In this document: positions 10,995-23,330 of the stretch, piece by piece | Position numbering within the stretch: position 1 is the first letter of the stretch | Layout of the letters: every line of letters starts with the position of its first letter | Source of the DNA: Mustelus asterias | Lineage: Eukaryota | Direction of reading: 5' to 3' | DNA: 64,000 nt | Assembly: GCF_964213995.1 (NCBI RefSeq) | Contig: NW_027590109.1 | Span: 434,001 to 498,000, forward strand | Translations under genes and position numbers: made by a program | Notes under the pieces: generated by a model | Seen by the model: the letters and a program-made list of their open reading frames with translations, nothing else | Databases searched by the model: none | What the model was told of the DNA's origin: nothing

Positions 10995-13220
10995 AGAAGA
11001 TTAATGATAGCACCAAGAAAAATAGGGTGGTAAAAGACGGAGACTTTAACTTTCCCAACATTGACTTGGCCAGCCATAGTATTAGGGGCTTGGATGGAGA
11101 ACGAATATGTGAGTGTATTCAGGATCAATTTTTCATTCAGGATGTGGAAGGCCCGACTGGAGAGGGGTCAAACTTGTCCTTTTCTTGAGAAATAAGGGAG
11201 GGCAGGTGAGAGAATTGTTAATGAGCAATCACTTTTGGACCAGTGACCACAATTCCAATATATTTAAGATAGTTATGGAGAATGATCGGGCGGACCCAAA
11301 AGTGGAAATTCTAAATTGGGGCAAGGCCAATTTTGATGATATTAGAAAGGAAATTTCAGAAGTTGCTTGGGGGAGCCTGTTGGCAGCCAAAGGGACATCT
11401 GGTAAAAGGAAGGCTTTCAAAAGTGTGTTAACATGGGTTCATGGTAAGCACACTACTTTTAGAGTGAAGGGCAAGGCTGGTAGAAGTAGGGAATCCTGGA
11501 TAACTCGTGATATTGCGGCCATGGTCAAGAAGAAGAAGGAGGCATTTGACTTGGATAAATTGGGATCCCTTGAAAGTATCGGCGGTGTTGGAGTAATGGT
11601 AGCAGAGAAATCAGGAGGGCAAAAAGGGGAGACGAGATTGCTTAAGCGTATCAAGAAAATGGGAACCCAAAGTGCTTCTACTAATACATAAAGGGCAAAA
11701 GAGTAACAAGCGGGAGAGTAGGGACTCATAAGTATCCACAAGAGATGGGTGAGATCCTAAATCAACATTTCCAATTCATGAAACATACTTATTCGTCACA
11801 AGTAAGGCTTACATAACACTGCCAATGAAGTTACTGTGAAATTTTCCTAGGCGCCACAGTCCGGCCCCCTTTCGGGTCAATGCACGTAGGCAGAGCGTCT
11901 TTTAGAATGTGGGAGGAAACCGGAGCACTTGGAGGAAACCCACGCAGACAAGGGGAGAACGGGCAAACTCCACACAGACAGTGACCTAAGCAGGGAATCA
12001 AAGCTGGATCCCTGGTACTGTGAAGCAGCGGTGATAATCACTGTGCTACCGTGCCGCCAGTATTTGCTGCTGAGATGGCAATGGATTCAGTAATCTTGAG
12101 GAAATAAATAGTGATGTCTTGAGAAGAGTGCATATTACAGAGAAGGAGGTGCTGGAATCTTAAAGCACATCAAGGTGGATAAATCCCCGGCACCTGATGA
12201 AGTGTATACCAGGAGGCAAGGGAGGAAATAACGGATTCCCGAGCAAATATGTTTGAAGCATCATCAGTCACAGGTGAGGTACCTGAAGATTGGAGCACAA
12301 CAAATGTTCTGACATTGGTTAAGAAGGTCTGCAAGGTAAAGCCTGGAAACTACAGGCTGGTGAGCCTAACGTCCGTCGTGGGCAAGTTGTTAGCAGGTAT
12401 TCTGAGAGATAGGATTACTGGCATATCGAGAGGCAAGGCCTGATTAGGGACAGTGGGCATGGCTTTGTGAGCGGAAAAATCATGTCTCACAAATTTGATT
12501 GTTTTTTTTCGAAATGGTAGCCAAAAACATTGATGAAGGCAGTGCAGTTAATGTTGTCCGCATGAACTTTATCAAATGCCTTTTACAAGTTACTGCACGT
12601 AAGTTGTTGCATTAGGGTAAATCTCACGGGATCGAGGCGAGGTAGCCAATTGGATATAAAATTGTCTTGATGACAGAACACAACAGGTAGTTGTATGGTT
12701 TCGTTTTACCAACTGGAGACAGGTGACCAGCATTGTGCCTGAGGGATCTGTGTCGGGTCTACTGTAATTTGTCATTTACATTTATGATTTGGAAGATAAC
12801 TTAAAAGGTATGATTAGTAAGTTTGAAGATGACACGATCTTGATGAATTCGGCTGATGAATGGCAGCTGGAGTTAGATTTTGATTAATGCAAGGCGATGC
12901 ATTTTGGAAGATCGAACCATGGCAGGATGGTAGTTTCTTGGGCAGAATTATAAAACAAAGAGATCTAGGGGTAGAAGTTCATAGTTCATTCAAATTGGAG
13001 TCACAGTTGAACAGGGTGATGAAGAAGGCATTCAGCATGCTTGGTTTCGTTGTACCGAAAATTGGAAACTAGCGTTGGGACGTCTTGTTGAAATTGTACA
13101 AGACATTGGTAAGGCTGCACTTCTAATTCCGTGTACACTTCCATTTACTCTATTATAGAAAGGATATTATGAAACAAGAAAAAGTGCAGAAAATAGTTAC
13201 CAGGATGTTACATGGACTTG
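10995..13220 (+). mobile_element. Old degraded CR1 LINE ORF2
   Basis: SDHN..NWGKANF (11113-11691), GEVPEDW..NYRLVSLTSVVGK (12249-12443), QRDLGV (12887-13072); many frameshifts. Confidence 0.9.
11785..12057 (-). mobile_element. HE1-related SINE (alternative tail) inserted in CR1
   Basis: gtcacaagtaaggcttaca..gggaggaaaccggagcac..ctgtgctaccgtgcc. Confidence 0.9.
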
Positions 13221-14380
13221 ATTTGGCGCAATTCTTTGAGAACGTTACCTGCGCAGTGGACAATGGGGAGCCTGTGGATGTGGTGTATCTGGATTTCCAG
13301 AAGGCATTTGACATGGTGCCGCACCAAAGACTGCTGCATGAGATAAAGGTGCATGGTATTACGGGTAATGTAATGGCATGAATAGATGATTGGTTAACTA
13401 ACAGAAAGCAAAGAGTGGGGGTAAGGTTTGGAGTTTTTTTCTGGTAGCCGATCAGTGCCTAGTGGTGTGCCTCAGGGATCAGTGTTGGGACCGCAATGGT
13501 TTACGATTTACATAGATGATTCTGAGTTGGGGACCAAGTGAAGTGATGACACTAAGATGTGTGGCAGAGCAAAGTGTGCAGAGGACGGTGAAAGTGAGGT
13601 CATCCATTCTGGTAGGAATAACAGCAAAATGGGCTATTATTTAAATGGTAAATAATTGCAGTATGCTGCTGTGCAGAGAGACCTGAGTGTCCTTGTGCAA
13701 GAATCACAAGGAGTTGGTTTGCAGATGCAGCAGGTAATTGAGAAGGCAAATGGAATTCTGTCCTTCATTGCCACAGGAATGGAGTTTAAAAACGGCGAGG
13801 GTATGTTTCAACTGTAAAAAGTGCCGGTGAAGCCACACCTGGAGTACTGTGTACAGTTTTGGTCTTTTTACTTGAGAAAGTATATACCGGCACTGGAGGG
13901 GTACAGAGGAGATTCACGAGGTTGATTCCGGAGTTGAGAGTTGAGGCTGAGTGGACCTGGGCTATATTCATTGGAATTCAGAAGAATGAGGGGAGATCTT
14001 AGAGAAATATGTAGGATTATGAAGGGAATAGATAAGAAAGAAGCAGTGAAGTTGTTTCCTCTGGCGGATTAAACTAGAATTAGGGGGCATGTCCTTAAAT
14101 AAGGGGGAGCAGATTTAGAACTGAGTTGAGGACGAACTTCTTTACACAATTTGTTGTGAATCTGTGGAATTCCCTGGCCAGTGAAGCAGTTGAGGCTACT
14201 TCACTGAGTGTTTTAAGACAAGGATAGATACATTTTTGAAGAGAAAAGGAATTAGGGTTATGTTGAGCGGGCGGGTAAGTGGAGCTGAGTTCACAAAAAG
14301 GTCAGCCATGATCTTACTGAATGGCCGAGCAGGCTCGAGGGATGAGATGGCCTACTCCTGCTCTTAGTTCTTATGTTCTT
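13221..14380 (+). mobile_element. CR1 LINE 3' half, nested in the older copy
   Basis: VDVVYLDFQKAFDMVPH; 3' end cctactcctgctcttagttcttatgttctt. The outer copy's tail follows at ~14430-14492. Confidence 0.9.
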
Positions 14381-14559
14381 CTCTTATGAATTCTGCAGTT
14401 TCTGACTGTAAGGGCATTACATTTCTAGAGCTCGACACAACGTTGTGGGCCGAAGGGCCTATTCTGTGCTGTACTGTTCTATCTATGTTCTATACATTTG
14501 TTTTTGTCAATCTTTATTGTCATTATATATCGACAGAAATTTTTACGGTCAGTTTTTTT

Positions 14560-14900
14560 TAATGTTCCCTGCAGGCTTGCTTTCATTCGACATGTTTCCC
14601 TTCTTAATGAATCCCTTGATCCTCCTTTGCTGAATTTTAAACAGCTTGCAAACCTCAGGCCTATTGCTTTTTCTTGCTAATTTGTATGCGTCTTCCTTCA
14701 ATCTGCTGTTTCCCGGACCGTCATGGAGAATTCATGCCTCATACCATCATAGCTTTCGTTACTGAGATTCAGGACCATGCTGTCAGATTCAAATACATCA
14801 TTATACACCTTGACAAGGAATTCTACCATATTATGTTCACTCGTCCCCTTGGATTTTCTCACAACTAGATTGTCAACTAAACATTTCACATTGCACAACA
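14560..14900 (-). mobile_element. CR1 ORF2 fragment (APE/linker region)
   Basis: ORF 14698-14901 LCN..LVDNLVVR..GTSEHNMVEF..VLNL...YDGMRHE. Confidence 0.75.
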
Positions 14901-15665
14901 TCCAGCCATGATTCTATTAAATGGGGGAGCAGGCTCGAGGCGCTGAAAGACCTATCACTGTCACTCGTTCCTGTGATTCCTATGATTAGGCTTTTAGTTG
15001 CAAATTGTGTGTTATTTATTGAATTCAAATCCCGTCAGTCGTTGTGGTAGGATTCAGGCCTGTGTCTCCTGTGAAAAATACATTTTCTCTGGATTACACA
15101 TTCGCGGGATGCAAGATAGAATTGAAAGACAGAAGCGTGTAATCGAAATGTGGTGCAGTGGGATTGTCAATGGACTAGTTATCCAGAGACTAAGGGCAAT
15201 ACTGTGGGACCGGGTTCGAATCGCACCATATCAGATTTGTCTGACAGTTGCATTCCCTCCAGCGCGGCGTAACAGGGCAAGTAGGAATGGGCAACACATA
15301 GTTGCCTAGCCAGTGTTACCCGTGAACGAATGAAAGAAAGGTTGGCCACAATTCCACAGTGATTGGGAACCACAGGTTGAGCTTAACAAACCCACAGCAT
15401 CCTCCCTCTTTACAGAGCTCCCCCTCTCTGCAGCCTGCGCTCCATTTTCTGGTCATGCCACACAGCCAGACACACTGTAAATGTAGTCCATTTACCTTGC
15501 CCAGAGTTCAGCCAGCAAATCCTCTTTCCTCCCTGAGTGTATGCAGCAGCTCACAACACAACCTCCAAAAACCTATCCACAACATCTCCATTAACTTTCC
15601 AACCACAAGAGTCAGTCAATAGCGCCTCAGCTGCAAGTTCGATTCATGGAATATTTAAATTTCAG

Positions 15666-15936
15666 TAAAGTTTATTTATTCGTCACAAGTAAGGCTGACA
15701 TCAACACTGCAATGAAGTTACTGTGAATTTCCCCGAGACCCCACAGTCCGGCGCTTGTTCGGGTCAATGCACCTAACCAGCAAGTCTTTCAGATTGTGGG
15801 AGGAAACCGGAGCACCCGGAGGAAACCCACGCAGGCACGGGGAGAACGTGCAAACTCCACACAGACTGTGGCCGAGAATCGAACCCGGGTCCCTGGCGCT
15901 GTGAAGCAGCAGTGCTAACCAGTGTGCTACCGTGCC
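15666..15936 (-). mobile_element. HE1-related SINE (alternative tail)
   Basis: aaagtttatttattcgtcacaagtaagg..gaatcgaaccc (B box)..agtgctaacca..ccgtgcc. Confidence 0.95.
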
Positions 15937-16991
15937 AGGTTCATCGTGTTGCGGAACACACGTTAAGCTGAGAGTGGCTGACACATACGTTCAGTGGACA
16001 GACCACGTCCAGGTTTCGCACACATATGTCAGAGCTGCTGAAACCCCCTGTTCAACATGGAACTCCACACGGGAGACAACAGGAACAAAACGCATAGGAT
16101 TTCCTTTTTCCAGAACTCTTTCACATTGTCACCAATGATTCTGCAGAGCAGAAATTACAAACCCGAGACACAGAGGGACATACATTTACTTTAATCAGGG
16201 AATTTCAAAAATACTTTAATGGAACTACTCCAGAGAACTGGAAAAAGGGGTTGCAACACACTCGAGTAGACATTCATACATAAGAATGGGAATAAGGAAT
16301 TCGGGTACTATTAGATTGATTGAACTGGCTTGTTGACGTCACATTTGGAGCTTGCCTTCCACTCCCAACCCAAGCTGCATACAGCCCTTACACGATACCT
16401 TCCCAGCATGGGGAGATATACTGGACACACTGGAGCAGACTAGCAGCGTGGCTGTTCTGTATGTGGATCTAGATGTCCACATCATGGGGGCAAGAGCGGC
16501 TGTAGCAGAGAACATTGCTGTCAGGGAGATATATGTTGTGGGACGAGGGAAGGGGAGATTGAGTGGAGTGTGTATTTTCAGGTACTGTATGGATGTGAAC
16601 AAACAGAGACATTTTGTGAAATTGATAGAGAATGGGGGAATCAGATGAACAAATCATGGAGAGATTTGATCAGGTGAGTGAGTAACCTGAGGCTTTTCCA
16701 GAGCAGCTAGTGACAGAAGTCAGTGAGCACACGAATGATGGGTAAATGGGGTTTGGTGAGAGTTGGTACATGGACAACAGATGTGCTTTGTTTCAGCAGC
16801 TTTGTAACTGGGAGGCTGGTCATCAGGGAATTGGTATAGTTGTGTCCGGTATTCGGAATGACAGCTGGGGGAGCCAGAGTATAATATTTCGGAGGCAACA
16901 GTAATAGGATTAATGATGGAGAGGATATGGAGTCAGATTTCAGCTCAGAGTAAAAGAGTTAACAGAGGTTGCAATCATTGTGAACTAACGT

Positions 16992-17215
16992 TAGGAAGAA
17001 TTTAAACAACACCAGGTTAAAGTCCAACAGGTTTATTTGTTCGCAAATACCATTACCTTTCGGACCGCAGATGGAGTGGAAATCTGCTCTTAAAAACAGG
17101 GCACAGAGACACAAAATCAAGTTACGGAATCCTGATTAGAATGCGGATATCGACAGCCAACCAGGTCTTAAAGATAAAGACAATGTGAGTGGAGGGAGCA
17201 TTAATGGAATAAAGT
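16992..17215 (-). mobile_element. Penelope-like element 3' pLTR fragment with deleted hammerhead
   Basis: aacaacaccaggttaaagtccaacaggtttattt and following sequence match the reverse complement of 45370-45600. Confidence 0.9.
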
Positions 17216-17257
17216 TAAATAGGGTTTACAGAAGTAAGTACTGGACTTGACACTTAC

Positions 17258-17492
17258 CAGGGACACCAATCAGAGCCAGGATGGGATAATAAAATCCTTG
17301 AACAAAGTAGAGTACAAGTAGAATCCGCGATTGTAATGATCGCCTATAGAACCCATCACTTGTCATGAAATAAAGTCCCTCAGCGAAAGTGCCACTTATA
17401 TCAAAATCAAAAGGCGGTGGGGGTGGTGGGGGTGGGATGTTCCGAAGCATTGTTCCCAGATTCTGATCCATTGCTGAAACGTTCCAGTCCAT
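17258..17492 (-). CDS. Coding exon 1 of a GPR139/GPR142-like class A GPCR (N-terminus and first half of TM1); phase-1 intron follows
   Basis: MDWNVSAMDQNLGTM..ILLVLYFVQGFYYPILALIGVP ends exactly at the donor CCTG|GTAAGT. N-glycosylation sequon NVS. The YYPILA.IGVP|(V)N junction is characteristic of this family (recognised from memory, not by search). Confidence 0.78.
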
Positions 17493-18084
17493 TGTTCTCA
17501 AATTCTGCTCTCCCCTCCCACTGTCCCTGCAACTGATAACCTCTACTAGTGCCGGGGTTGTCACTCCTGCTGAGTCTATCGAATAACACACTGAACGAAT
17601 CCATTATTAATAGAAGAAGGAAAACCTCCACTGACACTGCCCAGATCCATGGAGACTGATATTAATCACAGTCATTAGACAAACAGCTTCAGTTAACCCC
17701 ATTCAATCCAGCACTTTTTATGTCACATAATGCAACAGTAACCTGGTCTGCATGGGATGGCAAGGGTCAGGGAGGGATGGAAAGACGGAAATAACAGAGG
17801 GTCCGACCATAAACTTTCAATCTTCATTGGATATTAGAGTGGGCCCTGAGTTATCATGACGGTGGGTTTTAGATGAGGCAATCATTTGTCAGATTGATAG
17901 AGACTGCTGAAATCTACTCTGTTTTTAACACGTTCAGTCCAGCACCGAACTTTATTTTAAATAAGCAGAAATAAAACCAAAATGAATATTGCATGAGAGG
18001 AATGAAAAAAAGGACTTGGTGTGAACTTGGACACAAGCAAATGTCAACACTCAGTAGATGTAACCAGCCGTTTTTTTTTCTGAA

Positions 18085-18760
18085 TCCATTCAGTGATGAT
18101 TGGTTCTACAACATTCCATATTGCTTTCAGGGGAAACCCACTTATCTGTCTCTCAAAGGCGCTTACTGGATGTTTTTGGAAACAAGGAATATCCATAGCT
18201 ACCTATTGGATGGAAAGGATCGTTTTCCTTGGATATGTAGTCCCATATATGTATCATTCTTATCGGCTTTCGTTTGGGAGAGATCGACGTGTCCTTGTGA
18301 GAATTCACAAGTTTGTTGGTATAATGATGCCCCCGTTTGCATCTGAAAGAATGTTAACTGACATTGAAGCTGTTAAGTCGGTTTTGAAACAGGTTGCCAA
18401 TGACACTGCTGTAGCTCTCATTGAGTGGAGTGATGAGATGGTTGCAATGCGGACTGTTGTGCTATAGAATTGAACGACACTAGTCTTCATTTTGGTGGCT
18501 AAGCGTAGAGTGTGTGCTTTGATGGGAATGAAGTGTTGCACATACATACCTGACACTTCAGAGAAGAGAACGAATTTTGTCACACACAGGTCGAAAAACA
18601 TAAACGACAAACATAACTTTCCTTGTGGAAATGGGCAACTGGCTGGATGGGTGATTTGGGGTCAAACATAATGCAAGGGCTAGTGTTTTTCTTCATTGCT
18701 ATCTTAATATTCAGTGTGAGTTTAGAATTTTTAAATGCTGCTGTTATTTAGCAGCAAAAT
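18085..18760 (+). pseudogene. env: Endogenous retrovirus env relic (end of SU and TM subunit, gamma-type)
   Basis: GAYW..GYVVPY (SU end), furin site RDRR (18279-18290), fusion peptide FVGIMMPPFAS, heptad region, immunosuppressive domain L*N*TTLVFIL (from LQNR), CX6CC CALMGMKCCTYIPD (18513-18539), hydrophobic anchor GLVFFFIAILIF. Confidence 0.9.
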
Positions 18761-19304
18761 CCATAGCGGGTGCAGCAGCAGAGGCGTCGATCCAGGTGGA
18801 CAAGGAACTGTCCTTATCACGAAGCGCTCCTCCAGCATGTGCGACTACGTATTGCCAGACATCGATCTGAAGGACGACATAATATGAGATAATATTGTTT
18901 TTTCTTGGGATTTTAGTATGAGTGAGGATTATGATTTAAATGCGGTTAGAACAACTTATATAACATTACCAATGACTATCAAATCTAAGAAGGACGAAAT
19001 CATGAACCAATCACCTCTTACGTTTTAGGCTATTTTATTTGCTGGCCGAGTATTGGGCTCGCCAATGGTCAGATGGGAGGACGGAGGTGGTGTAAGTCTC
19101 ATAGGTTAACACGATTTTTAAACATTAGACATTAAGGCACTGACAGAACAAGCAGCCAAGCGTTAAATTCATCTAAAAAAATATGGGCTAACAAGAGAAA
19201 AGTTTACACAAACGCAAATGCAGCAAGAGCTTTAAACAAGTAATTATGATTTAAAACATTTATGCTGACATTTCAAATGTATTTGAAGTATTTAACAAAA
19301 AACA

Positions 19305-20590
19305 GAGAACAATGAACAGAGAAAATTACAGCACAGGAATGGGCCTTTAGGCCCTTCAAGCCTGCACCGACCATGTTGCCCGAGCGACCGAAAAACCCCG
19401 ACTCTTCTGGGGACCATATCCCTCTTTTCTCATCCTATTCATGTATTTGTTCAAACGTCCCTTAATAGTCACTTTCATATCTGTTTCCAATACCTCCCCT
19501 GGCAGCGAGTTCCAGATACCCACCACCCTCTGTGTGAAAAACGTGCCTCATACATCTCCTTTAAACCTTACCTTAAATCTTAATCGTATGCCCCGGAGGA
19601 ATTGACTCTTCCACCCTGGGAAAAAACATCTGACTATTCACTCTGCCCATGCTTCTCTTCATTTTGTAGACTTCTATCAGGTCGCTCCTCAATCTCCGTT
19701 GTTCCAGTGAGGACAAACCAAGTTTATCCAAACTCTCCTCATACCAGGCAACATCCTGGTAAACATTTTCTGTACCCTCTCCAAAGCCTCCACATCCTTC
19801 TGGTAGTGGGGCGACCAGAAATGAAGACTATATTCCAAGTGCGGCCTAATTAAGTTCATATAAAGCTGCAGCATGACTTGACAATTTTGAAACTCAGTGC
19901 CCCGGCCGCTGAAGGCAAGCATGCCGTATGCCTTCTTGACTAGCTTCTCCACCTGCGTTGCCACTTCCAGTGACCTGTGCACCTGCACAACCAGATCCCT
20001 CTGCTATCAATACTCTTGAGGGTTCTGCCATTTATTGACTATTTCCCATCTGTATTGGATCTTCCAAAATGCATTACCTTACATTTTTCCGGATTAATCT
20101 CCAACTGCCGTCTCTCCGCCAAAGTCTCCAACCGGTCTATATCATGCTGTATCCTCTGACGGTCCTCATCACTACCCGCAATTCCACCAACCTTTGTGAC
20201 GTCTGCAAACTTACTCATCAAACCAGTTGCATTTTCCTCCAAATCATTTATATATGTTTAAAACAGCAAAGGTCCCCGCACTGATCCCTGAGGACCGCCG
20301 CTTGTCACAGCCCTCCATTCGGAAATGCGCCCTTCCACTGTGACCCTCTGTCTTCTGTGACCGAGTCAGTTCTGTATCCATCTTGCCAACTCATCTGTGA
20401 TTCCTTGCGACTTTAACCGTCTGTACCAATGTTACATGACGGACCTTGTCAAAGGCCATACTGAAGTCCGTGTGTCAATATCTACTCCCTTACGCTCATC
20501 AATCATCTTCGTCACTTCCTTGAAAAACTCGATCAATTTAGTGAGACACAATCTCCCCTTCAGAAAACATGTTGCCTCTCGATAATGCGA
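19305..20590 (-). mobile_element. CR1 LINE 3' half
   Basis: SKFADVTK..INPEKC (20039-20242); RPHLEYSLHFWSPH (19689-19988); reverse tail at ~19305. Confidence 0.95.
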
Positions 20591-20599
20591 ACGTTTATT

Positions 20600-21080
20600 T
20601 CCGTGTTGGAGTAAATGCTGTCTCGAAGAAACCTGGGATGCAGGCCATCAGGCCCAGGGGATTCATTTGTCCTAAATCCCAATAGTTTGCTGCGTACCTC
20701 TTCCCTTTCGATGTTGATTGTTCTAAGTTACACCCTTTGTAAAATCTCTGGCTTGTCGTTCCTATAGGAATGGTACTATTGTAGTCCACCGTGAAAACTG
20801 AGGCAAAGTAGTTGATTTAGCATCTCTGCCATTTTAGTGTTCCCCAATATTAACTCTCCGGTTTCATCTTCCAATGGCCAACTTTCACCCTGGTGATTCT
20901 CTTCCTTTTTAATGTACGTTTTTGCTATACTCATGCTATTTTTCCCTAGTTTTCGTTTGTAATTTACCCAAGCTCTTTTTATTACTTTTTTAAAAATCCC
21001 TTCCTTGATGTTTGAACGTTTCCTAATCTTCTCGCCTGCCACTGGTCTTAGCAATAGCTTGGTTTTTGCCTTTATGGATT
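20600..21080 (-). mobile_element. CR1 ORF2 middle fragment
   Basis: PLEDETGELILGNTKMAEMLNQ (20776-21054), followed by a GPDG-like region. Confidence 0.8.
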
Positions 21081-21084
21081 ATGG

Positions 21085-22255
21085 ATAATGATACTCTGTG
21101 CACAACAAGCAATATTGTAGGTGATATTTAGTACCTGAACTGTATACATTGCTCCCAGTGTTGTCTGAATAATGAATATTGAGATCTAAAATGTGCTAAA
21201 AGCTCCTGGCAAGGCATAACAGAGATATGGGCAGCAAAGGATAGTGTTGTAGGATTTGTCCAATTGAGGGTGATCGATGGACGGCCTGTGCACAATGAAC
21301 TCAGGAGATTAAAAATGAGGGGTTTGGATATCAGAACTGTGTGCAGTATTCCAACTGTATTCAAGAAAAGAGATATGGGGGAAGCGAACAGCACTTAATA
21401 GTCCCAGTGCTGTCCAAAAGATGTTATAGAAACAGGAACTGCACACAATGCTCCCAGTGTTGTATAAAATAGGTACACTGATACAGTAACCGTGCACACA
21501 TATTTGAGTGATGCTTAAATTAGGGGGGGTTTCTGTTGGAACTGCACAGTCATCAAACTGCTGTGTACATGACGGGTTTGGAGACCAACAATTTGCAGAG
21601 TGATCCATGATTGGACTACCCGAAGTATGTGAAGAAGATAAAGTAAAGGTAAAGAGTATTTGTTCGGGAACACGAAAGGCTGACATTAACACTGCAATGT
21701 AGTTACTGTGACATTCCCCGACCCGCTACAGTCCGGCGCCTTTTCGGGCCAATGCACCTACCGAGCACATCTTTCAGACTGTGGAAGAAAACCGGAGCAT
21801 GCGGAGGAAACCCACGAAGACACGGGGAGGATGTGCAAACGCTACACAGACAGTGATCCAAGCTGGCAATCGAACCCGAGTCCCTGGTGCTGTGAGGGAG
21901 CAGTGCTAACCACTGTGCCGTTGTGCCGTTTATCTGTGCATATCGTCCCCTCTGCTGTCTAAATGTACGATATTGATATCAGAGCAGTGCACAATGATCT
22001 CAATCTTGTCTAAGTGCGTCGCATGAAAACGAGAACTGTGCACTGTGATCTTTTTGTAACCTAACTGAGAGATAGGGATCAGAAATGATATTGATATCGG
22101 TATCAGTGATGTTGTTTTTATGAACCAATAAATATGGACACCCATACTGTGCATAGTGAGCTAAGGGTGTTAACATTGTCATCCTATTGTGGCCCTTTGT
22201 GTAATACAACAATTTGTTACTTTCGAACTGTTTCCCCATCTGTTAATTATGTGCC
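21085..22255. repeat. Degenerate ~51-bp tandem array, block 1 (interrupted by a SINE)
   Basis: Recurring unit resembling cagaactgtgcacaatgctcccagtgttgtctaaatgagggatatgggaa, e.g. ~21137, ~21332, ~21436, ~22033. Confidence 0.8.
21640..21928 (-). mobile_element. HE1-related SINE (alternative tail) inserted in the tandem array
   Basis: cattaacactgcaatg..gaaaccggagca..aatcgaaccc..gtgctaaccactgtgccg. Confidence 0.9.
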
Positions 22256-22289
22256 TCCAACCTAGAAATGATCGGCTACCAGGTGCCAC

Positions 22290-22632
22290 CCTGTCTCACA
22301 AAAGTGACCATGGTTTAAGGACATGGAATTACTGATTCACTCCAAGATAGTATCCAGCAGCACACTAACGCCTCTGCGGAATATGCACAGGCTACCATTC
22401 AACAAGGTTGCGCACAGAATCCAGTTGTCCACCTTTGTGCGTCAACCTGAAGACCCTTGTGTAACATAAATGCATCAGATCTACTGTTAAACAAACACAT
22501 TGATCTGGAATTGATTGCTGTGCCCAGAGCAACTGAACGTTTTTACATCCATTGTGTGTAACAGCGTTTGATAAATTTTCTAATACAATACATGGTCAGT
22601 CCTCCTTGACTATTCAAGGAGGACTGACTAGG
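22290..22632 (+). mobile_element. Possible highly degraded RTE-clade LINE 3' end with terminal hairpin
   Basis: Weak resemblance to an RTE C-terminus; ends in the perfect inverted repeat gtcagtcctccttga-ctat-tcaaggaggactgac. Confidence 0.35.
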
Positions 22633-23042
22633 CGAATATATTTTCCCTTTTCACCCGTATCTGGTCCGTTATCACCTTGAATACTTTATTCTATTCAATA
22701 TTGAATACTGTCATTCCAGGGAACACAACAGGTGTTTCTCCAATTTCTACTTGTGAGTGTGGACTTGTAGTCCCAGGAGCATTTCTATTCAGAGCACATT
22801 GCATTCCAGTCATGTCCGACAACATGCATCCGTATAGCTCACCTATAATTGATGACCTTATATCTCTCTGACATAGCGGAGTGATATGAAATGTTTTCCA
22901 ATCAAAAATTATGGTCCACGAATCAAAAGTACTTTGGACGTTCCTTCCATCTTTGGGATAGATACAATCAGAAAGTTCCGGAGTTGGATGCCTTAAGTCC
23001 CATTATTGCCTCTGTGTCTGTAAATGTTCTTGTTCTATGTAT

Positions 23043-23330
23043 GGGTGGTGCGGTGGCACACTGATTACCAAGGCTGCCTCACTGCACCAGGGTCTCGAGT
23101 TGAATTCGGGCCTTGGCTGAATTTCTGTGTGGAGTTTGCACGTTCTCCCCGTGTCTGTGTGGGTTTCCTCCTGTTTCCTCCCTATGTCGAAGGACATGCA
23201 GGTTAGATGGATTGACAATACTAAATGTCCCCATTTTGGCCCAAATTTTAACCTGTATAAAGATTAGCCATGATTAATGTGTGGGGTTAAGGGATAGGTC
23301 AGAGGAAAGGCTGCTGAGTCTCAGGCCAGA
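23043..23330 (+). mobile_element. Degraded HE1-type SINE
   Basis: tgtgtggagtttgcacgttctccccgtgtctgtgtgggtttcctc. Confidence 0.85.

Noticed and set aside
7451-14380. Inverted similarity between 7451-8235 and ~13590-14380
   Set aside because: Two independent insertions of the same CR1 subfamily; the match stops at element boundaries.
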